Positions 9,785-20,047 are shown, counted from the stretch's first letter. The stretch: DNA of 64,000 nt from Arcobacter sp. (GCA_002685075.1 NYWO01000159.1:107-64106), one strand, 5' to 3'. Notes: generated by a model from the sequence alone, not told the origin. Made by a program: numbers and translations.

Positions 9785-11077
9785 ATGTCAAATCAAATTA
9801 GTTCAGTGCTGAAGAAACTATTTATTAAAGTATTTAAATTTAAAGGCTTAGATAGTTGGACAGAAGAACACAAGAAAGGTTATATTACAGATTTAAAAAA
9901 ACTTGATTTAGATGAAGCTAAAGAATTACATTTAAAAATTCTAAAAGAGAAGACACCAGAAGAAATATTTGATATTGTAAAAAAAATTGATACTAATTTA
10001 AAAATATTTATGAACTTTTTACATGATCATGAATCATATGCAAGAAAAAGTGTTCAATTTTATGCATTAGATTTAAATGAAGATGAAAAGAAAGAAATAT
10101 TAAATAATTTCGAAACTATAGACTATAGTCATAAGATGCCAAAAGGTTGGGAGCCAATTGAAATAGTAAAAGATGATAATGGTGTTATAACTATAATGAT
10201 TGGAAAAACAGCTAGTCATCTTATAAAAAAAGAGTTTAAGGAAGATACTTTTGGTAATGAAGAAGATTGGAAAGCCATTGAAGATATAATATCAAAATAC
10301 ACACATTCAGATGAAGCTTTAGAGGGTTTAAATTCTTTAAATATAAAGGGTTTAGAGAAAAAAAGACTTATATCAAAAATAAAAATCGATTTAATTAATG
10401 ATACTGTAGAAATTGGTATGGAAAACACTTATGTAAATGAATTAGGTGATAGAGTTAATAATACGAACAATGATAAAAAAGAAATACTTGAATGCATAGT
10501 TGAAAAATTAAATTTAGATGATACAATTGCAGAAAAATTTGAAGATATCATTGTAAAAAACAATGAAGAAAAAAGTCTTTTAAATAAAGATACGTTTAGT
10601 AGTATTATTGACTTAAAAGAAGATGATTTTATTATTGTTACAAAAGGTAAAAAATTCCTTGCAGATGATATAGCAGAGAGTTTAAATACTGAAGAAGTAA
10701 CAACTGACCAAATTAATAAAACAAAAAATCTTTTGAAAAGATGTGTAACAGATCACTATTTAGACAAAGGTAATCTTAGAACATTTTTTTCAGAATATTC
10801 AACTTTTGATGCTAATAGTGGTAAAATATCAGGTGACTTAAATCTAAAAAGTTTGGATGAAGATGATAATGAAATCCATACAAGAAGATTTTCAGGATGG
10901 TGTGTCTATATCAGAGATAATGTTGGTCAAAAAGGTAAACTTAAAGATAAATCATTAGATATAATGAACATTGAATTTGATTTAGACGATAAAAAACTTA
11001 ATATTTCAAATAATAACTACTCAAAGGAAATTTATGAAGCCTTCATTTCAAAACTTCTACAAGTTCCTGAAAAGTAA
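9785..11077 (+). CDS. Hypothetical 430-aa acidic soluble protein (island cargo)
   Basis: Long intact ORF with RBS gagg; no motif recognised; overlaps next gene by 44 nt. Confidence 0.8.
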   Translation: MSNQISSVLKKLFIKVFKFKGLDSWTEEHKKGYITDLKKLDLDEAKELHLKILKEKTPEEIFDIVKKIDTNLKIFMNFLHDHESYARKSVQFYALDLNEDEKKEILNNFETIDYSHKMPKGWEPIEIVKDDNGVITIMIGKTASHLIKKEFKEDTFGNEEDWKAIEDIISKYTHSDEALEGLNSLNIKGLEKKRLISKIKIDLINDTVEIGMENTYVNELGDRVNNTNNDKKEILECIVEKLNLDDTIAEKFEDIIVKNNEEKSLLNKDTFSSIIDLKEDDFIIVTKGKKFLADDIAESLNTEEVTTDQINKTKNLLKRCVTDHYLDKGNLRTFFSEYSTFDANSGKISGDLNLKSLDEDDNEIHTRRFSGWCVYIRDNVGQKGKLKDKSLDIMNIEFDLDDKKLNISNNNYSKEIYEAFISKLLQVPEK

Positions 11078-12134
11078 TAGTAATCTTGAACAATATAAAG
11101 AAATACTTCATGAATTATTATTTCTTAATGAACAGAGCTTAAGATTAAATATAATAGGACTACAAAGAAAGTTTGAATTTGCAGGATATAATATTTCAAA
11201 GGAAACACTAAGAGAGATATTCTTTGGACTTATAAAAGCTAAAGTTATTAAGATTAATGAAGAAATTGAGTGTGATAACTGTGAAGAAGAAAATTATATA
11301 AAAGATGCAAATATTATTTGTTCACATTGTGATGAAGAGCTAAATGAAAATGACATATTTATGGATATTGATAGTTTTCTAAGTATAGATAATTTTTCAC
11401 TTCTAAAAAACAGCTATCTTAATAAAAAAAAGATAGATAAAATAATTGAAGAGTGGCAAACAAAAGAATATCTTGTTTATATACTACTGGATATAGTTGA
11501 TTCCCAAAATGTTCAAAACAACCTAAAAGAAGAAGATTATACAAAGCTTCTTGATGATATTAGAGAGATTATTAAAGGTGAATGTTTATCACATATTAAT
11601 GGTGAAAGTATAGTATTTGGAGAGATAGGAGATTGCTTTAAAATAGCACTAACGCATAAACAAGATGCTATAAAATTCTTTGAATTATTCTCAAAACGAC
11701 TTTATGAATATACTAAAGATAATAAATATCCAAAAGTTGATAAAAAAATTGTTCCCTTCTATCCATGTTTTAGTGCTTGTGTTACCGCATTACCCCTTCC
11801 TAAAAGCTATGGAAGAAATATATCTGTAAAAGATACACTTAGTGTTACACTTAATGGTTCTTTTGATATGAATTCTAAAGAGTTAACATCTTTCTTTAGA
11901 CTTGATAGTAGTGTAAAGATTCAAAATGATAAAATTTTTAATGAATATAATTTATCTGTATGTTGTACAAAAGATTTACTTGAAAAAGTTAAAGTAAATA
12001 ATATAAATAGGACAAACATCGAAGTAAAAAAAGGTAATAAAATCCTTGAAACTACACAGGTAGGTTTAATATTTTTCAATAAAGACACCTATACTACAGC
12101 GAAGAATTGTAAAGATTATCTAAAACTTTCCTAA
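11034..12134 (+). CDS. Zn-ribbon plus class III (adenylate/guanylate-type) nucleotidyl cyclase domain protein
   Basis: CDNC...CSHC; YILLDIVDSQ; GEIGDCF; FDMNSKELTSFFRLDS; IEVKKG. Confidence 0.72.
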   Translation: MKPSFQNFYKFLKSNSNLEQYKEILHELLFLNEQSLRLNIIGLQRKFEFAGYNISKETLREIFFGLIKAKVIKINEEIECDNCEEENYIKDANIICSHCDEELNENDIFMDIDSFLSIDNFSLLKNSYLNKKKIDKIIEEWQTKEYLVYILLDIVDSQNVQNNLKEEDYTKLLDDIREIIKGECLSHINGESIVFGEIGDCFKIALTHKQDAIKFFELFSKRLYEYTKDNKYPKVDKKIVPFYPCFSACVTALPLPKSYGRNISVKDTLSVTLNGSFDMNSKELTSFFRLDSSVKIQNDKIFNEYNLSVCCTKDLLEKVKVNNINRTNIEVKKGNKILETTQVGLIFFNKDTYTTAKNCKDYLKLS

Positions 12135-12135
12135 T

Positions 12136-12168
12136 ATATACATATCTCATTATACGAGATATGTATAT
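12136..12168 (+). terminator. Hairpin after the cyclase gene
   Basis: 13-bp inverted repeat atatacatatctc / gagatatgtatat. Confidence 0.6.
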
Positions 12169-12254
12169 TATTATTTTCATTACCACTTTTACTCATATAT
12201 AACAACAAACAAGATAAAATACTATAAATTATAATAATTATTGGAATCTAATAA

Positions 12255-12530
12255 ATGGCAATCAAAAAAACAGAACTTTATATCTTATTATAGGCGAGTA
12301 CAGATTAATTAAGAGGTGGAATGGATGCGTGTGAGTACAAGAATTATGTATTTACTTTGTTATTTATGAAATATGTATTAGATAAAAAAGATGATGTAAA
12401 TAGCCTTATAGATGTGCCACAAAGTGCTAGCTTTGAAGATATAGTTGCTTTAAGATTGATGATAAGTTAAATGAAATTATTGCAAACTTAGCCATAGAGA
12501 ATAGTTTAGAAGGGGTTATTGATACAGCAT
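12255..12530 (+). pseudogene. hsdM: Type I restriction-modification HsdM N-terminal relic
   Basis: MAIKKTELY..L*AS.D*LRGGMDA.EYKNYVFTLLFMKYV with in-frame stops. Confidence 0.8.
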
Positions 12531-12741
12531 AGAATGAAAAAAATGGCTAGATTAGTACTGGAAATAGTAGTTAATAACTCAACGACAAATGAAAAATTAT
12601 TACAATGTGCCAAATATATAGAGTTTGAGCTTGACGATATCAAATAGGCAGAAGAAATAAAAGTAAAAGCTAAAAATTAATTATAAAAGTACACATTTTG
12701 ATTTTATTGTTCAATAATATCCCTAGATAAAGTATATCCAT

Positions 12742-12770
12742 CCCTATATAAAATAGGTCAAGAGAAAATA
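12742..12770 (+). repeat. attR-like copy; displaced 3' end of the TIGR02757 gene
   Basis: Reads LYKIGQEKIDIK* versus LYRIGQEKIL* at the left end. Confidence 0.8.
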
Positions 12771-12799
12771 GATATTAAATAGCAATAAATATATTTATA

Positions 12800-12823
12800 A
12801 ACTAACATTTTTTAGCTATTAAA
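12800..12823 (+). promoter_or_regulatory. Shared promoter motif, copy 1
   Basis: aactaaca-ttttttag-ctat-t-aaa. Confidence 0.5.
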
Positions 12824-12862
12824 GAATATACTAATGTAATATACTTCACAAAAGGATTTAAT

Positions 12863-13816
12863 ATGAAATTAGGAATTTCTTCTTGTTTATTAGGAACAAA
12901 TTGTCGTTATGACGGAGGCCACTCAAGAGATAGGTTTATCACAGATATGTTAGGTGATTATTTTGAGTTTGTGCCATACTGTCCTGAGAGAATGATTTTT
13001 ACAACACCAAGAGAGGCTATTCGACTAGTTAGAGCAGAGGATGATATTAGAGTTAAAACTTCTGCTGGGAATGTTGATGTAACAGATAAGTTAGTTGATA
13101 TTTCAAAAGAATTAGCAAACCAAATTCAAGAAGATGAATTATGTGGTTTTATTTTAAAATCAAAATCTCCTACATGTGGGTTAGAGCGTGTAAAAGTTTA
13201 TCCATCTGGAAAAAATCAGATGAGTGAAAAAAATGGAGTTGGAGTTTTTGCAAAACAAATAAAAGATAAATATCCCTTATTACCAATTGAAGAAGAAGGA
13301 AGGCTAGGTGATGCTTGGTTAAAAGAAAACTTTTTAATGCAAATATTTTCATATAAAGATATCTTTGAATTTTTAAAAACAAATCCAGCTGCAAAAGATT
13401 TAGTAGAGTTTCACACTTCATATAAATATATGATTTATGCAAAATCACATCAGTCTTATAAAGAGTTAGGACAAATAGTGGCAAATCATGAAAAAAGAGA
13501 TATTAAAATAGTAATTGAAGATTATAAACATGCTTTTTTAAAAGCTATTAGTTTAAAAGGAAGTATCTCAAATACTTACAATGTACTACTTCACTTATAT
13601 GGTTACTTTAAAAAAGATATCTCAAAAGATGAAAAAACAGAAATACTTGATACTTTAGAAGAGTTCAAATCTGGACTAATTCCATTAATTGCAGTAGTGA
13701 AAATTTTAAATTTATATATCAAAAGATTTGATATTGAGTATTTAAAAACTCAAAAGTTTTTAAATCCATATCCAAAAGAGTTAGCTCTAAGATCTAAAGT
13801 TGAGGCATATCGATGA
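12863..13816 (+). CDS. YbgA family (DUF523 + DUF1722) protein
   Basis: GISSCLLG..CRYDGGH, KSKSPTCG and FHTSYKY motifs; coupled to photolyase. Confidence 0.9.
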   Translation: MKLGISSCLLGTNCRYDGGHSRDRFITDMLGDYFEFVPYCPERMIFTTPREAIRLVRAEDDIRVKTSAGNVDVTDKLVDISKELANQIQEDELCGFILKSKSPTCGLERVKVYPSGKNQMSEKNGVGVFAKQIKDKYPLLPIEEEGRLGDAWLKENFLMQIFSYKDIFEFLKTNPAAKDLVEFHTSYKYMIYAKSHQSYKELGQIVANHEKRDIKIVIEDYKHAFLKAISLKGSISNTYNVLLHLYGYFKKDISKDEKTEILDTLEEFKSGLIPLIAVVKILNLYIKRFDIEYLKTQKFLNPYPKELALRSKVEAYR

Positions 13817-15159
13817 GACAGATTCTTTGGTTTAGACGTGATTTAAGAGTAGAAGATAGTGCACTTTTATCAAATGCGAATAAAGATGTACTCCCTATTT
13901 TTATTTTTGATAAAAATATTCTAAAAAGTCTTGAAAAAGATGATAAAAGGGTAACTTTTATTTATAAATCTGTTTTGGAACTAAAGAAAAAATTACAAGT
14001 ATTAAATCTTGATTTAGCAATATTTTATGATGAACCAAAAAATGTTTTTGAAAAGTTAAAAAAAGATGGTTTTGATGAGGTATTATGTTCTGTTGACTTT
14101 GATTCATATGCCAAAAATAGAGATGAAGAAATTGAAGCAATACTTCCTGTAAAAAGGTTTATTGATTCTTTTATTTTAAATCCAATGTCTCATTTAAAAA
14201 AAGACAATACTCCATATAAGGTATTTACTCCTTTTTATAAATCATTAAATATAATTACTCAATCGTATAATATTGAAGAGTTTAAAGCAAATGAAAATTT
14301 AAAAAAAATAGATTTTGATTACTCTTTTATTCCTACATTAGAAGATATGGGATTTGCTACTGTAAAATTACCTGATTTTTTATCAAAAAGTGCAGTAGAA
14401 TTATTAGAAGAGTTTAAAACAAAAGTGAATGATTATCAAGAACAAAGAGATTATTTTTATATAGATGCAAGTTCTAAAATATCTGTGCATCTAAGATTTG
14501 GTTTGATTTCACCAAAACAAGTTTTCAATTATTTTAAATCTTTTAACTTTGTTGATTGTGAATTTTTTATAAGAGAGATTTTTTGGAGAGAGTTTTATAA
14601 TTATATATTATTTCATTTTCCACAATCTGAAAAAAACAACTTTAATAATATAGAAATAAAGTGGAGTTCAAACGAAGATGATTTTCTTAAATGGTGTGAG
14701 GGTAAAACAGGTGTTCCTATAATAGATGCAGCAATGGTGCATTTAAATAATACTGGACTTATGCACAACCGTTTACGAATGGTAGTAGCTTCATTTTTAA
14801 CTAAAAATTTATTTATAGATTGGAAAAGAGGTGAAGAGTATTTTGCAAAAAAACTACTTGATTATGAAGCTAGTTCAAACATAGGCTCATGGCAATGGAG
14901 CTCAAGTACTGGTGCTGATAGTGCTCCTTATTTTAGAGTTTTTAATCCTTACAGTCAATCACAAAAGTTTGATAAAGATGCAATATTTATTAAGTCTGTG
15001 TTTAAAGAGTTTGAAAATGTAGATGCAAAACTATTTCATATTGAAAATGGTTTACAGTCAAATCTATTTGTTGAATACCCTAAAGCAATTGTTGATATAA
15101 AACTGTCAAGACAAAGAGCTATTGACAGATTTAAAGAAGCGAAAAATGAACAATCTTGA
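13813..15159 (+). CDS. phrB: Deoxyribodipyrimidine photolyase (cryptochrome/photolyase family)
   Basis: WFRRDLR, WREFY, GKTGVPIIDAAM, MHNRLRM and YFRVFNP motifs. Confidence 0.93.
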   Translation: MRQILWFRRDLRVEDSALLSNANKDVLPIFIFDKNILKSLEKDDKRVTFIYKSVLELKKKLQVLNLDLAIFYDEPKNVFEKLKKDGFDEVLCSVDFDSYAKNRDEEIEAILPVKRFIDSFILNPMSHLKKDNTPYKVFTPFYKSLNIITQSYNIEEFKANENLKKIDFDYSFIPTLEDMGFATVKLPDFLSKSAVELLEEFKTKVNDYQEQRDYFYIDASSKISVHLRFGLISPKQVFNYFKSFNFVDCEFFIREIFWREFYNYILFHFPQSEKNNFNNIEIKWSSNEDDFLKWCEGKTGVPIIDAAMVHLNNTGLMHNRLRMVVASFLTKNLFIDWKRGEEYFAKKLLDYEASSNIGSWQWSSSTGADSAPYFRVFNPYSQSQKFDKDAIFIKSVFKEFENVDAKLFHIENGLQSNLFVEYPKAIVDIKLSRQRAIDRFKEAKNEQS

Positions 15160-16561
15160 TATTGCTGTAGTTGGCTCTGGAATGGGTGGAGCTTTAATCT
15201 CTGCACTTAATAAGGACAAGAATTTAATACTTTTTGAAAAAGATGCAAATCTTGGAGGATGTGCTAGTACTTTTAAAAGAAAAGGAAACTACTACAACGC
15301 AGGGGCAACTACTTTTGTAGGTTATGAGAAAAACCATCCCATAAAGAATATCTTTGATAAAGCAAACTATATCCCTGATATTAAAAAAAGTGATGTAGCT
15401 ATTAGAGTTATTCAAAATAAAAAGAGTGTTGATAGAGTAAAAGACTTTGATACTTTTATTGATAATATAAATAAAGTATATCCTCACAAAAATAACAGAT
15501 TATTTTGGAATACAATCAAAACCTTAGATAAAAAATTTTGGAGCTTACAAAATCTACATTATGCAAAGTATAATTTGTCTTCATATGCAAAAACAGCAAA
15601 AGCAGTAATAGAGATATTAAAAGTTTTTAAATTAGATGTTTTAAAAAGTGCACAAAGTTTTATAAATGAAACTTTATATGGTATTTCTGATGAGTACAGA
15701 GCCTTTATAGACTCACAACTACTAATTACTATACAAACTACTTCAAAAGATATTCCATTGCTTTCTCTTGCATTAGGATTGTCTTATCCTTTTCATGATG
15801 TGTTTTATGTAAACAATGGAATGGGAAGTTTATTTGATGGATTGTTAGAAGATATAAATGTACATAAAAAAGAGCAAATATTAAAAATACAAAAAGAAAA
15901 AGAGTTTTATAGAATAATTTCAAATAAAGATGAATACAAAGCAAAACAAGTTATTTTAAATGCATCTATTTTTGATAGTGCATCATTGTTTGAAGATGAA
16001 AAAATTAAAAAGTATTATAATAGCTTTTCTTTTAGTGATCAAAGTGCTTTTGTGATAAATCTTACACTTGATTCAAAAGAAGATTTTTTACATCATTATC
16101 AAATTATATTAGAAAAAAATCTTCCAAATGCAATATCTCAATCATATTTTATTTCTTTTTCTTCAAAAGATGATAAAAAGCTTTCAAAAAATGGTTATAG
16201 TGTAACAATATCAACTCATATTAAAGCTCTTTATTGGAAAAATATTTCAAAAGATGAGTATAAAAAACAGAAGCAAATTACTGAAGATTTTATTATTAAT
16301 GATTTTTTAAATAACTTTGAAAACATAAAAAAAGAAGATATAATAAATATACATAGTGCAACTTCAAACACTTTTAAAAGATATATAAACAGAAATAACT
16401 GTGGCGGAAAACCAATAACATTTAAAAATATTTTGCAAACACCTAGTTGTAGAACTCCTTTTGATGGTTTATTTAATGTTGGAGATACAGTATTTGCAGG
16501 TCAAGGTTGGCCAGGTGTTGCTATTGGAGTTGAAGTTTTAAATAAGGAATTAAATGTCTAG
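15146..16561 (+). CDS. Phytoene desaturase-like FAD oxidoreductase
   Basis: GSGMGG, LGGCASTF and VGDTVFAGQGWPGV motifs. Confidence 0.8.
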   Translation: MNNLDIAVVGSGMGGALISALNKDKNLILFEKDANLGGCASTFKRKGNYYNAGATTFVGYEKNHPIKNIFDKANYIPDIKKSDVAIRVIQNKKSVDRVKDFDTFIDNINKVYPHKNNRLFWNTIKTLDKKFWSLQNLHYAKYNLSSYAKTAKAVIEILKVFKLDVLKSAQSFINETLYGISDEYRAFIDSQLLITIQTTSKDIPLLSLALGLSYPFHDVFYVNNGMGSLFDGLLEDINVHKKEQILKIQKEKEFYRIISNKDEYKAKQVILNASIFDSASLFEDEKIKKYYNSFSFSDQSAFVINLTLDSKEDFLHHYQIILEKNLPNAISQSYFISFSSKDDKKLSKNGYSVTISTHIKALYWKNISKDEYKKQKQITEDFIINDFLNNFENIKKEDIINIHSATSNTFKRYINRNNCGGKPITFKNILQTPSCRTPFDGLFNVGDTVFAGQGWPGVAIGVEVLNKELNV

Positions 16562-17549
16562 TGTAGAATTGAAAATATCAAAACTTGATTGGTTATATAT
16601 TATTATAATTGGAGCTTTTTTTGGTTTCTTTATTTCTTTCTTTTTATTTTTAATCAATACTAATTTAAAAGAGTTTTCAACAATACTTTTTGGTACAACA
16701 AGTGCTGTTTTTATTTCACTAAGTGCTTTTGTTTTTATATCAATTTCAAATGACTTAATACTTCCAAAAATCAATGAAAAGTTTTGGTATTTAGTTAGTT
16801 TTATCTTCTCTTTTCTCTCTGGTTTTTTAGGTTTTGTTTTTTCTTATGCTCTTTTTTCATTTGCTGATTTTCCTATTATTAGTTTTTTGAAACCAATATG
16901 GCTTTATATTAGTATTGTGATTGGTTTTTTCACTTTTTTAATTGGTTTAATACTTCATCAGTTTATTTCAATGAAATATAAAAATGAATCTATAAAAAGT
17001 GAAGTACTTGATTCAAAAATAAAAGCATTAGAAAGTGAACTTAATCCTCACTTTTTGTTTAATGCTTTAAACTCTATTTCAGAACTCATATATTTAGATC
17101 AGAAAAAAGCAGAGAAAGCAACTTTAGATTTATCAAAATTTTTACGAAATGCAATCACAAGAGACTCTTTAATATCACTTGAAAGTGAAATAAAAATGGT
17201 CGAAACATATTTGAAAATAGAGAATATTAGATTCGATGATAATATAAAATTAGAAGTAAATATATCAGAAGGGTTTGCAAAAATAGAAGTGCCAAAGTTT
17301 TCTATTCAATTGCTTGTAGAAAATGCTATTAAACATGGTTTTAATTCAAAAGAATTAAATATAGATATAAGTACAAAAGATTATAAAATTATCGTTTCAA
17401 ATGATGGAATTTTAAGCGAAAAAATAAGTTTTGGAACCGGACTTAGTAACTTACAAAAAAGATTAGAACTATTAGGTGTTGGAAAGTTATCATATAAGAA
17501 AGACAATGGTAAAATGTTCTTTATAATAGAATTAAAAGGCAAAAATTGA
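16554..17549 (+). CDS. LytS/YehU-type sensor histidine kinase
   Basis: About 4 TMs; ELNPHFLFNALNSI, LVENAIKHG and GTGLSNL motifs. Confidence 0.92.
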   Translation: MSSVELKISKLDWLYIIIIGAFFGFFISFFLFLINTNLKEFSTILFGTTSAVFISLSAFVFISISNDLILPKINEKFWYLVSFIFSFLSGFLGFVFSYALFSFADFPIISFLKPIWLYISIVIGFFTFLIGLILHQFISMKYKNESIKSEVLDSKIKALESELNPHFLFNALNSISELIYLDQKKAEKATLDLSKFLRNAITRDSLISLESEIKMVETYLKIENIRFDDNIKLEVNISEGFAKIEVPKFSIQLLVENAIKHGFNSKELNIDISTKDYKIIVSNDGILSEKISFGTGLSNLQKRLELLGVGKLSYKKDNGKMFFIIELKGKN

Positions 17550-18259
17550 AAACACTTATAGTAGATGACGAAAAACTAGCTCTTAGTAGATTAAAAAGAC
17601 TTTTAGAAGAAGAGGGTGTTACTGATATTAGTGAATGTAATAATCCAATAGATGCTATAAAACTTGTGTCAAAAGAAAAGTTTGATATAGCATTTCTAGA
17701 TATTTCTATGCCAAATATGAGTGGCTTAGAACTTGCAAATACTATTCGAGACATCAATCCAAATACTTTTATAATCTTTCAAACAGCATATTCTGAACAT
17801 GCCTTAGAAGCTTTTCAAAGTGGTGGAGTAGATTATTTATTAAAACCTATTTCAAATGAGAGTATAAAAAAAGCTTTAGAGAAAATTGAAAAATTTATGG
17901 TTAAAGAAGATATTGATAGTTCAAAAAGAATTATGGCTAAAAGAGGAAGCAAACTTTATTTGATTGATATAGATGATATTTTTTATATAAAAGCTGATTT
18001 AGATGAAGTTATTATCAAAATAAAAAATACAGATGCTTATGTAAGAAAGAAAATTGGAGACATGGAAAAATTACTTAAAGGAAAAAACTTTTTTAGAATT
18101 CACCGTTCTTGTATAGTAAATGTAGATAAAATCAAATCTATGCAAAGTATGGAACAATCAAAACTAGAGATATCATTTGAGGGAATTGATGATGTTGTAA
18201 CTAGTTCAAAAGATGGAGCTAAAGAGTTTAGAGAATATCTTGAAAAGAGAATTCTCTAG
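17546..18259 (+). CDS. LytTR-family response regulator
   Basis: REC domain (VDDE, LDISMP, KP) plus FFRIHRSCIVN. Confidence 0.94.
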   Translation: MKTLIVDDEKLALSRLKRLLEEEGVTDISECNNPIDAIKLVSKEKFDIAFLDISMPNMSGLELANTIRDINPNTFIIFQTAYSEHALEAFQSGGVDYLLKPISNESIKKALEKIEKFMVKEDIDSSKRIMAKRGSKLYLIDIDDIFYIKADLDEVIIKIKNTDAYVRKKIGDMEKLLKGKNFFRIHRSCIVNVDKIKSMQSMEQSKLEISFEGIDDVVTSSKDGAKEFREYLEKRIL

Positions 18260-18285
18260 GCTTTAGGTGTTAAAGAGCTTGTAGA

Positions 18286-18822
18286 TTACTTATCTTCTTT
18301 AATTATAGTAATCACAAGTTCACCTACAGTAAAGCCAAACTTTTTCATTTTAGAGTGATTTAAGATAACACCATCTTCTTGCAAGTGTAACCAATCTTTT
18401 ACGTTTATATCTATTGTAGAATCATTATATGGTACTGTCATTGTATAATCAATCATTACTGTATTTCCATTTGCTACCATTTGTGCCTCACCTACAATAT
18501 CTCCAGCAGTTCCAATAAAAGTTTTCTCTCCTGTTGGTTTTAGTGTCCAAACTCTAGTTTGTTTCTCTCCATTGTCATATACAAACTTTTCATCTAAAGT
18601 TCCAATGCCATTTTTATCCCATGAACCTACTAAGTCACCCTTAAAAGTTTTGATAATTTTTCCACTTCTATCTTTTACCATTCCATAGGCTGTTAATTTT
18701 CCATTGAAATATTTTTGAGGAATAAATTCTGGACCTTTATTTGTAAAGTCTTCTATTTGCATTTTTGAACATCCTGTAAAAATTAAAAATATAGTTGTTA
18801 AAAAAAAGATTTGTAGTTTCAC
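18286..18822 (-). CDS. DUF3833 family lipoprotein
   Basis: Lipobox FTGC; YFNGKLTAYG and GTAGDIVGEA motifs. Confidence 0.82.
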   Translation of the reverse strand: MKLQIFFLTTIFLIFTGCSKMQIEDFTNKGPEFIPQKYFNGKLTAYGMVKDRSGKIIKTFKGDLVGSWDKNGIGTLDEKFVYDNGEKQTRVWTLKPTGEKTFIGTAGDIVGEAQMVANGNTVMIDYTMTVPYNDSTIDINVKDWLHLQEDGVILNHSKMKKFGFTVGELVITIIKEDK

Positions 18823-20045
18823 GCTACTAATCCTTCATTTAAGTCCATATTTTGATATCTTGTAAAGGCAATTTGAACTAGGTTTATATTTCTAGTTAAA
18901 AACGCTGCTTCACAATAAGAAAGATACATTTTCCACATTCTAATAAAGTATTCATCAAAGCCTAATTCTTTTACATGTGCAAGTTTTTTGTTAAAGTTTT
19001 CATGCCAAATGTTTAGTGTTTTTGCATAATGTTCTGTAAACTCTTCCATATGTAAAAGGTTTAGTTTTGTATTTTTTGTAGTTACATCTAGTATTTTGCC
19101 AACACTTGGAAGATGACCTCCAGGGAAAATATACTTTTGAATAAAATCAGTTCCCTTACAGTATGAGCTATATCTTTGGTCTGGCATTGTAATAATTTGC
19201 ATTACAAGTATTCCACTTGGATTCAATAACGACTCACATTTTTTAAAGAATACATCAAAATACTCACGTCCTACTGCTTCAAACATCTCAACAGCAATAA
19301 CTGCATCAAATTGTCCTTCCATATCCCTATAGTCTTTAAGCATTACATCAACAGATTCTTCAATATTATGTTCTTTAAATCTACCTTCACAAAGCTTTTT
19401 TTGCTCTTTTGAAAGTGTTAGCGTTGTAACTTCACATCCATACTCTTTAACTAAGTGCATAGCCATTGCTCCCCAACCAGAACCAATTTCAAGTACTTTT
19501 GAACCCTTTTTAAGATTTAGTTTTTTTGCAAGTAAATCTATTTTTCTTTTTTGTGCATCAAATAAAGGCTCATCTGGTTTTTCAAATACAGCAGAAGAGT
19601 ACATCATAGTGTCATCTAAAAATAGTTCAAAAAAGTCATTTGATAAGTCATAATGCTCTTGTATATTTTTTGCTGAACGTGTTTTTGAGTTTTTTCTCAT
19701 AATATGCTTTAATTTATTTACTACTGGGAATAAATTATAAAGAGAGAATTTCTTTTCATCTTCACTTTTTGTTTGTAGTGCATCAGAATTTATAATCCCT
19801 ATTTTAATTAATGCCGTTAAATCATCACATTCAAAATCTTTGTCCATATAACTCTCTGCAAAACCTATGTCCCCAAATAGTGTAAGTCTTCTAAATAAAT
19901 CTGCATTATTTAAATGCATCTTTGCTTTTGGTTCTTGATTATTTCCATATATTTTGATATTTCCATCACAAAATGTAACCTCTAATGTTCCTTTTGTGAT
20001 TTTTGAAAAATACTTGTTTCCTAGATTGTTCCAAAAAGATTTCAT
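18819..20045 (-). CDS. Cfa-like fatty-acyl SAM methyltransferase (UfaM-like)
   Basis: NIQEHYDLSNDFF, LEIGSGWG and FIQKYIFPGG motifs. Confidence 0.9.
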   Translation of the reverse strand: MKSFWNNLGNKYFSKITKGTLEVTFCDGNIKIYGNNQEPKAKMHLNNADLFRRLTLFGDIGFAESYMDKDFECDDLTALIKIGIINSDALQTKSEDEKKFSLYNLFPVVNKLKHIMRKNSKTRSAKNIQEHYDLSNDFFELFLDDTMMYSSAVFEKPDEPLFDAQKRKIDLLAKKLNLKKGSKVLEIGSGWGAMAMHLVKEYGCEVTTLTLSKEQKKLCEGRFKEHNIEESVDVMLKDYRDMEGQFDAVIAVEMFEAVGREYFDVFFKKCESLLNPSGILVMQIITMPDQRYSSYCKGTDFIQKYIFPGGHLPSVGKILDVTTKNTKLNLLHMEEFTEHYAKTLNIWHENFNKKLAHVKELGFDEYFIRMWKMYLSYCEAAFLTRNINLVQIAFTRYQNMDLNEGLVA

Positions 20046-20047
20046 GA

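Larger units (their letters stand above)
5832..12770. mobile_element. Integrative island 1, inserted in the 3' end of the TIGR02757 gene
   Basis: 26/29-nt direct repeat at 5832-5860 and 12742-12770; integrase at left end; TA, IS and RM-relic cargo. Confidence 0.85.

Noticed and set aside
11034-12134. Canonical Pycsar or CBASS
   Set aside because: No cNMP-binding TM/TIR effector or CD-NTase motif recognised; kept as an unassigned candidate
12543-12680. Short ORF MARLVLEIVV... near attR
   Set aside because: 34 codons then a stop; no recognisable family
15146-16561. Carotenoid biosynthesis cluster
   Set aside because: No crtB or crtE in the window; only a CrtI-like fold
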